From Gammaproteobacteria bacterium UBA5109 (GTDB lineage: Bacteria > Pseudomonadota > Gammaproteobacteria > Pseudomonadales > Pseudohongiellaceae): a DNA stretch of 64,000 nucleotides. Where the stretch lies: assembly GCA_002414385.1 (NCBI GenBank), contig DHZH01000002.1:406914-470913 (forward strand), read 5' to 3'. Shown here in pieces: positions 56,971 to 64,000 of the stretch. A program made the position numbers and the translations under genes. The notes beneath the pieces were generated by a model, which was not told where the DNA came from, ran no database searches, and saw only the letters and a program-made list of their open reading frames with translations. The stretch's first letter is position 1, and each line of letters begins with the position of its first letter.

Positions 56971-57351
56971 GGAGTTAACCTGCTACTGATTATGCTGTTT
57001 TGCTGATAGTGAACTTTATCGACGAATTACTCTGTAATTGTCTGAAATATATTCTGTGGCTGGTCAAAAGACCCGCAGTCCAGCCACTCTTTACAGACGG
57101 CTGTTTGACTGACCACAAAGCAATGCTTTGTACACGCTTGTTGTGCTTATGTACAGGCTGGACTGCTTAGTCTGACCGACCTGGATGCTGCCAATGCCGC
57201 CCTGTCGCCAGTTCGTCACGGAGCATCCAGGATCATATAGGTATTGAGCCAGCACCAAATTGAGTATTTTATTCTTCCCGACACGTAAAGTAAGGTAGAA
57301 TAGCGCTTTTTTTCAGAGCCCCATTTAAACAGACACTTCCAGAGGAGAAAA

Positions 57352-58608
57352 ATGTTAAGTAAAGATATGACGATCGCCGGGTTTGATGATGAGTTGGCTG
57401 ATGCCATCGCCAGTGAAGAAAGACGTCAGCAGGAACACCTTGAGTTGATCGCCTCTGAGAACTACGCCAGCCCTCGCGTACTGGAAGCACAGGGCTCTGT
57501 ATTAACCAACAAATATGCCGAAGGCTATCCTGGCAAGCGCTACTATGGTGGCTGCGAATATGTCGATATCGTGGAAAACCTGGCGATTGAACGTGCCAAG
57601 AAGTTATTTGGTGCCGGTTACGCCAATGTGCAGCCGCATTCGGGTTCGCAGGCGAATTCAGCTGTTTATCTGGCCTTGCTGAAGCCCGGTGACACCCTGT
57701 TGGGAATGAGCCTGGCTGACGGTGGACACCTGACGCATGGAGCTCCAGTCTCTTCCTCCGGGCGAATCTACAATGCAGTGCAATACGGTCTGAATGATAA
57801 GACCGGTGAAATTGACTACGAAGAAATGGAAAGGCTCGCCCTGCAACACAAACCTAAATTGATCGTTGCCGGTTTCTCGGCTTATTCCAGAATCGTTGAC
57901 TGGGAGCGGGTGCGCGGCATCGCCGATAAAATCGGCGCTTATTTCATGGTGGACATGGCTCATATAGCCGGGCTTGTTGCTGCCGGGGTTTATCCGAATC
58001 CGGTACCTCATGCCCATGTCACGACTACCACCACCCATAAAACACTGGGTGGCCCCCGCGGTGGGCTGATACTGACACCGGGTGGTGATGAAGAACTGAA
58101 CAAACGCCTGAACTTTGCTGTTTTCCCTGAAAGTCAGGGCGGCCCCTTGATGCATGTAATTGCTGCCAAGGCCGTATGCTTCAAGGAGGCAATGTCCGAT
58201 GAGTTCAAAAGCTATCAGCAACAGGTGGTAAAAAATGCCCGTGCCATGGTGGCAGTTTTTCAGGAGCGTGGCTTTGATATCGTCTCCGGAGGAACCGATG
58301 ATCATCTGTTTTTGCTGAGCCTGGTTGGCCGCGAAGTTACCGGGAAGGAAGCTGAAGAAACACTGGGGCGGGCGAATATAACCGTGAATAAAAACGCGGT
58401 ACCGAATGATCCTCGTTCGCCATTTGTCACCAGCGGTCTGCGACTGGGGTCTCCGGCCTTGACCCGTCGGGGGTTTAAAGAAGAGCATGTGGCAGATATT
58501 TCCAACATGGTCTGTGATATCGTTGAAGATATTAATAACGAGGAAGTGATTAATTCGGTGAAACAGAAAGTACTTACCCTGTGTAAGAATCACCCTGTTT
58601 ATACCTGA
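57352..58608 (+). CDS. glyA: Serine hydroxymethyltransferase
   Basis: 418 aa. Motifs include ELIASENY, the PLP-Lys region [14 protein letters not shown], and [17 protein letters not shown]. Confidence 0.96.
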   Translation: MLSKDMTIAGFDDELADAIASEERRQQEHLELIASENYASPRVLEAQGSVLTNKYAEGYPGKRYYGGCEYVDIVENLAIERAKKLFGAGYANVQPHSGSQANSAVYLALLKPGDTLLGMSLADGGHLTHGAPVSSSGRIYNAVQYGLNDKTGEIDYEEMERLALQHKPKLIVAGFSAYSRIVDWERVRGIADKIGAYFMVDMAHIAGLVAAGVYPNPVPHAHVTTTTTHKTLGGPRGGLILTPGGDEELNKRLNFAVFPESQGGPLMHVIAAKAVCFKEAMSDEFKSYQQQVVKNARAMVAVFQERGFDIVSGGTDDHLFLLSLVGREVTGKEAEETLGRANITVNKNAVPNDPRSPFVTSGLRLGSPALTRRGFKEEHVADISNMVCDIVEDINNEEVINSVKQKVLTLCKNHPVYT

Positions 58609-58629
58609 ACAAATTACAAGGCGTAAAAT

Positions 58630-59091
58630 ATGCATTGTCCTTTTTGTCATGCTATTGATACCAAAGTAATTGATTCCAGGCTGGTTGCAGAAGGCAATCA
58701 GGTACGCCGTCGGCGTGAATGCCTGACCTGCAATGAGCGCTTTACGACTTTTGAAGGTGCCGAGCTGGTCATGCCCCGAGTCATCAAACACAATGGTGAC
58801 AGGGAACCTTTTGATGAAGACAAACTACGCAAGGGGATATTAAAAGCGCTGGAAAAAAGACCGGTGAGTGTTGACAAGGTTGAAGAAGCTATCACACATA
58901 TCAATCACACTCTCAGGGCTTCCGGGGAACGTGAAGTTTCCAGTGAAATTGTCGGAGAAAAAGTAATGCATGAATTACGTAAACTGGATGAAGTAGCCTA
59001 TGTGCGTTTTGCCTCGGTGTATAAAAGTTTTAAAGATCTGAACGAGTTTCGTGACGCAATTGACAAAATTGCACAAACATCCAAAGACTAG
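58630..59091 (+). CDS. nrdR: Transcriptional repressor NrdR
   Basis: 153 aa. Zinc ribbon MHCPFCHA...[16 protein letters not shown] followed by an ATP-cone. Confidence 0.95.
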   Translation: MHCPFCHAIDTKVIDSRLVAEGNQVRRRRECLTCNERFTTFEGAELVMPRVIKHNGDREPFDEDKLRKGILKALEKRPVSVDKVEEAITHINHTLRASGEREVSSEIVGEKVMHELRKLDEVAYVRFASVYKSFKDLNEFRDAIDKIAQTSKD

Positions 59092-59161
59092 GATTCCTGC
59101 TGTTTTTTCTTTTTTCTCCGGCTAAGATTTCCATCTGCTAATAAAGCCTGCCTGAATAAAT

Positions 59162-60262
59162 ATGGTTTCTGAAAACGATAACAAATTAATGCTGCGTTGT
59201 ACCGAGCTGGCTCTCAAGGGAGAGTATAGCTGCAAACCAAATCCACGCGTCGGCAGTATTATCGTAAAAGACCAGCAGATTATTGCAGAAGGCTGGCATC
59301 AATATGCCGGCGAATTGCACGCTGAAGTCGATGCCCTGGAAAAAGCTGGCAGTAACGCCGAGGGAGCCAGTTTATATGTCACTCTGGAACCCTGCTCTCA
59401 TCATGGCAGAACTTCACCATGTTGTGATGCAATTATAGCAGCCGGTATCAGCAAAGTATTTTATGGAATGATTGATCCCAACCCGAAGGTTGCCGGGAAA
59501 GGGATCAGTAAACTCAAACAGGCCGGTATTGAAGTCATCGGCCCATTAATGCCGAGGCAATGTGAAGATTTAAACCCGGGCTTTATCAGGCGAATGACCA
59601 GCGGCCGTCCTTATGTCCGCTGTAAGATGGCCATGAGCCTGGATGGCAGAACCGCAATGGCCAGTGGAGAAAGTCAGTGGATTACTGGAGAGGATTCCAG
59701 AACAGATGTACATCGCTGGCGGGCAAAAAGCAGTGCCATCATTACCGGAGTGGAGAGCGTTTTAAAAGATGATCCTTTCCTGAACGCCAGGCTGGAACAT
59801 GATGCACTGATACAGCCACTTCGGGTTATCTGCGACTCACAGTTGCGTACTCCGGACAGCGCAAAAACCATGCAGATTCCCGGACATGTATTGCTGGTTA
59901 GCGCTTCCGACAGGAAGTTTGGGATGGACAAGCAGCAAACGGCAGAAGTTGAGCAGGTGAATCTGCCCGGGAAGAATAACAGAACTGATCTTGCTGCATT
60001 ACTGACGTTGTTGGCGCAGGAAAAGGAATGCAATGAAGTGCTGATTGAAGCCGGACCGACTCTGGCAGGTGCCTTTATCGAACAGGGACTGGTTGATGAA
60101 CTGTTAATTTATACGGCACCAATATTACTGGGTCATCAGGCGCAGCCCCTGTTCAAACTGCATGGCATGGAAAAAATTGCCGATCAGATCAAGCTTGAAT
60201 TTATCGATGTCGTTTCCCTGGGTAAAGATTGTAGAATACGAAGTCGAATTGATAATAAATAA
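59162..60262 (+). CDS. ribD: Bifunctional diaminohydroxyphosphoribosylaminopyrimidine deaminase / 5-amino-6-(5-phosphoribosylamino)uracil reductase
   Basis: 366 aa. Deaminase zinc motifs are HAEVDAL and LEPCSHHGRTSPCC, followed by a reductase domain. Confidence 0.93.
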   Translation: MVSENDNKLMLRCTELALKGEYSCKPNPRVGSIIVKDQQIIAEGWHQYAGELHAEVDALEKAGSNAEGASLYVTLEPCSHHGRTSPCCDAIIAAGISKVFYGMIDPNPKVAGKGISKLKQAGIEVIGPLMPRQCEDLNPGFIRRMTSGRPYVRCKMAMSLDGRTAMASGESQWITGEDSRTDVHRWRAKSSAIITGVESVLKDDPFLNARLEHDALIQPLRVICDSQLRTPDSAKTMQIPGHVLLVSASDRKFGMDKQQTAEVEQVNLPGKNNRTDLAALLTLLAQEKECNEVLIEAGPTLAGAFIEQGLVDELLIYTAPILLGHQAQPLFKLHGMEKIADQIKLEFIDVVSLGKDCRIRSRIDNK

Positions 60263-60275
60263 ATGAATACAAAAC

Positions 60276-60962
60276 ATGTTTACCGGATTAATAGAAGCTA
60301 CAGGGTTGATCAGTTCGCTGCAAGGCAGCGATGAGTCCTGTCGGCTTGTAATCGGTTCTGACACACTGGATTTCAGTGATGTCATGACAGGAGACAGTAT
60401 AGCCGTAAACGGTGTCTGCCTGACTGCCACTGAAGTCAGTGAAAATGAATTTCAGGCAGATGTATCGGTGGAAACTTTACGGTGCACCAGTCTGGGTAAG
60501 CTGCAGGTTGGGGCCAGAGTAAACCTGGAAAAAGCCCTGAAAGTTGATCAGCGGCTTGGCGGACATATAGTCAGCGGGCATGTTGATGGCCTGGCAAAAC
60601 TGGAAAATAAACAAAAGCACGGTGACAATTTACTGCTGAACTTTTCGGTGCCAATGGGGTTGGCTCACTATATAGCAAAAAAAGGATCGGTTTGCCTGGA
60701 TGGTGTCAGCCTGACAGTCAATGAAGTGGATGGTGCTGAATTTTCAGTGATAATCATTCCGCATACAGCCAGCGAAACAATCATTGAATCCTATGAGCCA
60801 GGCGATGAAATCAATCTGGAAGTTGATTTGCTTGGCCGCTACCTGGAACGCTTATTACAGAAACAGGAAATGGCAGTGTCAAATACTGATGCTGGACAGG
60901 GCACAGGTCTGACTCTGGAAAAACTAATTGCTTCCGGGTTTATAAAAGGAAGCTCTGACTAA
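60276..60962 (+). CDS. ribE: Riboflavin synthase (alpha chain)
   Basis: 228 aa. MFTGLIEATG at the N-terminus and two internal barrel repeats (GDSIAVNGVCLT / GSVCLDGVSLTV). The symbol follows B. subtilis-style nomenclature (E. coli ribC). Confidence 0.92.
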   Translation: MFTGLIEATGLISSLQGSDESCRLVIGSDTLDFSDVMTGDSIAVNGVCLTATEVSENEFQADVSVETLRCTSLGKLQVGARVNLEKALKVDQRLGGHIVSGHVDGLAKLENKQKHGDNLLLNFSVPMGLAHYIAKKGSVCLDGVSLTVNEVDGAEFSVIIIPHTASETIIESYEPGDEINLEVDLLGRYLERLLQKQEMAVSNTDAGQGTGLTLEKLIASGFIKGSSD

Positions 60963-60964
60963 TT

Positions 60965-62083
60965 ATGCAACTAAACACGACAGCAGAACTGATTGAAGAT
61001 ATCCGCCAGGGAAAAATGGTAATCCTGATGGATGATGAGGATCGTGAAAATGAAGGCGATCTGATTATTGCAGCGGATCAGGTCAAGGCGGCAGATATCA
61101 ACTTCATGGCAACCTATGCCCGGGGGCTGATATGCCTGACGCTCACCCCTGCGCGTTGTCAGCAACTGGAATTGCCATTGATGGTTAAAACCAGTCAGAC
61201 TCCTTTTGGCTGTAATTTTACAATTTCGATTGAAGCAGCTGAAGGAGTCACAACCGGAATATCCGCAGCCGACAGGGCACGAACCATACAGGCTGCAGTC
61301 GCGGCAGATGCTTCACCAAAAGATGTTGTGCAGCCGGGGCATATTTTCCCGGTAATGGCGAAGGACGGAGGTGTACTGCGTCGTGCCGGTCATACGGAAG
61401 CCGGGTGTGATCTGGCCAGGCTTGCCGGATGCACACCTGCTGCAGCAATCTGTGAAGTCATGAATGAAGATGGTTCAATGGCACGCCGCCCGGATCTGGA
61501 AAAGTTTGCCCGGCAACATGGGCTAAAGATCGGCACCATTGTGGACCTGGTACATTACCGCATTGAAAACGAACAGACAGTTGAACGTATCAAGCACTAC
61601 CAGCTGCCAACCGAATATGGTGATTTTGAGGTATTCTGTTACCGGGATACGATCAAAGAGGGCAAGCCCACCCACCTGGCCCTGGTAAAAGGTGAGATTA
61701 AAAAGGATGAACCGGTTCTGGCCCGGGTGCTGGAGACCAATACAATTCGGGATCTGCTGGGGGTTGCCAATCCACAGCGTCCAAGCTGGTCACTGCATCA
61801 GGCCATGAAAAAAATCAGCGAGGAAGGCAAGGGAGTTGTGGTGATTCTTGCCAATGATAATGAAAAATCAAGCCTGGCCGATGAACTTGAACAGTTCCAT
61901 GAACTGACTGAAGTCAAAAAATTACCATCACATCCACAGGGGATGTACCTCAATGTAGGAACAGGTTCCCAGATTCTGCGAGACCTGGGTGTCGGGAAAA
62001 TGCGCCTGTTGAGCTACCCGACCAAGTACGCTATTTCAGGCTTTGACCTTGAAGTGGTGGAATATATACCCTGTGAGGAATAA
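60965..62083 (+). CDS. ribB: 3,4-dihydroxy-2-butanone-4-phosphate synthase fused to a degenerate GTP cyclohydrolase II-like domain (RibBX type)
   Basis: 372 aa. The N-terminal DHBPS is intact (DDEDRENEGDLI, GHTEAG). The C-terminal domain aligns with RibA, but PVLARVLETNTIRDLLGVANPQRP replaces [24 protein letters not shown], so the zinc-binding cysteines are absent. Confidence 0.9.
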   Translation: MQLNTTAELIEDIRQGKMVILMDDEDRENEGDLIIAADQVKAADINFMATYARGLICLTLTPARCQQLELPLMVKTSQTPFGCNFTISIEAAEGVTTGISAADRARTIQAAVAADASPKDVVQPGHIFPVMAKDGGVLRRAGHTEAGCDLARLAGCTPAAAICEVMNEDGSMARRPDLEKFARQHGLKIGTIVDLVHYRIENEQTVERIKHYQLPTEYGDFEVFCYRDTIKEGKPTHLALVKGEIKKDEPVLARVLETNTIRDLLGVANPQRPSWSLHQAMKKISEEGKGVVVILANDNEKSSLADELEQFHELTEVKKLPSHPQGMYLNVGTGSQILRDLGVGKMRLLSYPTKYAISGFDLEVVEYIPCEE

Positions 62084-62137
62084 GCTGGGAATCTATCCTG
62101 GAATTGTCCGATAACAGAAGCAGAGCTTGAGAATTCT

Positions 62138-62608
62138 ATGAGTGAAATAAAAACCCTGGAAGGTGAATTTAACGGAGCCAGTGCAAATTATGCATTACTG
62201 GTCAGCCGCTTTAACAGTTTTATTGTTGATAGTCTTGAAAGTGGGGCAGTTGATTGCCTGCAAAGGCATGGTGTTTCAGCTGCTTCCATTACCTGCATCA
62301 AGGTGCCGGGTGCATTTGAATTACCTCTGGCGGCTCAAAAAGCAGCCCAGACCGAGGAATTTGATGCCATTATCGCATTGGGAGCGGTAATTCGCGGCAG
62401 TACGCCGCACTTTGATTATGTCTGCAGTGAGTGCAGCCGCGGGCTTGGTGAAGTCAGTCTCAAGTATGATATTCCGGTTGCCTTTGGTGTGCTGACAGTC
62501 GATAACATTGAGCAGGCAATAGAACGTGCAGGTACAAAGGCCGGGAATAAAGGGGCCGATGCCGCGATGACAGCATTGGAAATGGTTTCACTGCTGCGTA
62601 AATTCTGA
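62138..62608 (+). CDS. ribH: 6,7-dimethyl-8-ribityllumazine synthase
   Basis: 156 aa. Motifs include [30 protein letters not shown] and GNKG. Confidence 0.95.
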   Translation: MSEIKTLEGEFNGASANYALLVSRFNSFIVDSLESGAVDCLQRHGVSAASITCIKVPGAFELPLAAQKAAQTEEFDAIIALGAVIRGSTPHFDYVCSECSRGLGEVSLKYDIPVAFGVLTVDNIEQAIERAGTKAGNKGADAAMTALEMVSLLRKF

Positions 62609-63054
62609 TGCCGGAAGCCAGCACCACACCCCGGATATCTCACCGTAAAAAGGCCAGAAACCTCCTCGTGCAAGCCATGTATCAATGGCAGATGGCTGGT
62701 GGACTGCGTCCGGACATAGAAGCCCAGTTTCGTGGTGATAACCAGGGCAAGATTGACTGGGACTTTTTTCACAAAGCATTAATATACATAACCGAGGAAG
62801 CAGATAGCCTTGATCAGGCTTTCAGCGGAAAACTCGACAGGGACTTAAGCCAGTTGGACCCGATTGAACTGGCAATCCTGAGACTGGGCACATATGAATT
62901 CAAGGAGTGCCTCGACGTTCCCTACAAAGTTGTGCTCAATGAATATATTGAGCTTGCCAAACGCTACGGCGCTACTGACAGCCACAAATATATTAACGGT
63001 GTGCTTGATAAGCTTGCCAGAGAGCTGCGACAGGTAGAAACAGGCAGGCACTGA
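62608..63054 (+). CDS. nusB: Transcription antitermination factor NusB
   Basis: 148 aa. RKKARNLLVQAMYQWQM and the ELAKRYG...KYINGVLDK motifs. The start overlaps the ribH stop (TGATG). Confidence 0.93.
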   Translation: MPEASTTPRISHRKKARNLLVQAMYQWQMAGGLRPDIEAQFRGDNQGKIDWDFFHKALIYITEEADSLDQAFSGKLDRDLSQLDPIELAILRLGTYEFKECLDVPYKVVLNEYIELAKRYGATDSHKYINGVLDKLARELRQVETGRH

Positions 63055-63061
63055 GGCGCTA

Positions 63062-64000
63062 ATGAGCATCTCGGAATTCGACATTATCAGCAAATATTTC
63101 AATCAGGCTGGTATTACGCCTGAAGCCGGCTCCACTCTTGTCTACGGCATTGGCGATGATTGTGCGATTGTTGATGTTCCTGAGGGAAAACAGCTGGTAC
63201 TGACGATGGATACGCTGGTAGCAGATGTACACTTTTTTTCAGGTGATGAGCCTGCAGCAATTGCCCGCCGTGCAATGGTTGCCAATATCAGTGACCTTGC
63301 TGCCATGGGGGCTGATGCTCTCGCCTTCACTTTGTCATTAACAATGCCCAAAGCAGATGAAGCCTGGTTGGAGTCTTTCAGCGAAGGTTTGCGGCAGATG
63401 GTTAAAACTTACTCCTGTCCCCTGATCGGTGGAGACCTTACACAGGGACCACTTAGTATTACCATTCAGGCTCATGGTCTGGTGGAAAAAAACCGGGCTC
63501 TGATGCGCAGCGGTGCCAGGCCAGGGGATCTGGTTTTTGTTACCGGGGAACTCGGAGCGGCCGGACTGGCGGTCAGTCTGATAAAAAATGGCATGTCCCT
63601 GCAGCAGCAGGATCGACAGGATCTATATCAAGCTTATTACAATCCACAGGCACGCCTGGAATTTGCCCGACAGGGTCGGGAGAAAATCAGTGCCGCCATT
63701 GATATTTCAGATGGTTTACTGGCGGATGCCGCTCATATAGCCTTAATGAGTTCTGTGAACCTGGAATTACAGGCCAGCAGGATTCCCGTAGCCGGAGCTG
63801 TAAAAAGCATCCTTGGTAATCTTGGTGATCGCAGTAAAGGGCTCAATCATGCGCTGACAGCAGGCGACGATTATGAATTGCTGTTCACCGCTTCTGCGGA
63901 TCAGGAATCCGCCTTGATGGAAATAGCAGCAGGCATGAAACTTAAACTGAGCAGGATCGGACTTGTCGTTGAAAGCAAGGGCGCAGATCGAATGAACAGA
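63062..64000 (+). CDS. thiL: Thiamine-monophosphate kinase; 3' end runs off the window, not in the ORF track
   Basis: My own translation from the ATG at 63062 gives MSISEFDIISKYFNQ...YGIGDDCAIVDVPEGKQLVLTMDTLVADVHFF...ANISDLAAMGA...GGDLTQGP. I read no in-frame stop through base 64000. It follows the conserved nusB-thiL order. Confidence 0.88.
   Translation, partial: MSISEFDIISKYFNQAGITPEAGSTLVYGIGDDCAIVDVPEGKQLVLTMDTLVADVHFFSGDEPAAIARRAMVANISDLAAMGADALAFTLSLTMPKADEAWLESFSEGLRQMVKTYSCPLIGGDLTQGPLSITIQAHGLVEKNRALMRSGARPGDLVFVTGELGAAGLAVSLIKNGMSLQQQDRQDLYQAYYNPQARLEFARQGREKISAAIDISDGLLADAAHIALMSSVNLELQASRIPVAGAVKSILGNLGDRSKGLNHALTAGDDYELLFTASADQESALMEIAAGMKLKLSRIGLVVESKGADRMNR

Noticed and set aside
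56971-57351. ZTP or other riboswitch in the glyA leader, and an FMN riboswitch ahead of the rib genes (59092..59161)
   Set aside because: I could not find the conserved cores of the ZTP, THF or FMN riboswitches on the glyA or ribD sense strand. The nrdR-ribD gap is only 70 nt.
57658-58791. 377-aa minus-strand ORF antisense to glyA, and similar long antisense or out-of-frame ORFs. Examples: 1692..2123, 2426..2998, 3071..3610, 22026..22604, 24028..24480, 31690..32295, 40189..40878, 55995..56609, 14508..15026, 7567..8196.
   Set aside because: Each lies entirely within a gene whose translation shows unmistakable family motifs on the other strand or frame. Their own translations are low complexity or Arg/Ser/Cys-biased with no recognisable motifs, which is typical of shadow ORFs.

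Overview
Contiguous chromosomal DNA that looks like an aerobic or microaerobic, marine-type gammaproteobacterium; this lineage guess rests on gene content only. Most of the window is densely packed housekeeping. It holds gltB(partial)-gltD-hemE, folK, bioA, dcp, rsgA, ccoNOQP (cbb3 oxidase) next to nnrS, and bioBFCD. It also holds trhO, two c-type cytochromes, xseB-ispA-dxs, korAB, soxR with its operator, and an OmpR/HisKA two-component pair. The rest is a GGDEF cyclase, ettA, glyA and nrdR-ribD-ribE-ribB(X)-ribH-nusB-thiL(partial). I recognised no rRNA, tRNA, CRISPR array, transposase or integrase by eye. The stand-out is a ~14 kb, 11-gene, divergently organised island (30679-44739) between dxs and korB. 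It encodes one Hanks Ser/Thr kinase fused to a periplasmic FGE-sulfatase-type domain, two PP2C phosphatases and four FHA domains. It also encodes a vWA protein whose N-terminal TM helix looks MotB/TolR/ExbD-like, and an orphan MotA/ExbB-type proton channel. Further members are a membrane-anchored M4 (thermolysin-type) protease with a cytoplasmic FHA tail, and a PP2C with an extracytoplasmic M4-propeptide (FTP/PepSY) domain. The last members are a trypsin-like domain whose catalytic triad appears substituted, and several copies of PPC-like and Cys/Asp-rich repeat modules. I cannot place this combination in any described system from memory, so it is my top candidate for a novel envelope-spanning signalling or defence machine. 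Smaller observations: an NsrR-like operator beside nnrS, a near-canonical SoxR box aimed at a VOC/glyoxalase gene, and an FNR-like box upstream of a Yip1-ccoNOQP unit. There is also a 31-bp tandem repeat upstream of korA, a RibBX-type degenerate GTP cyclohydrolase II domain, and a lone lambda-P-like gene. All domain calls come from reading motifs in the supplied translations; no database search was run.
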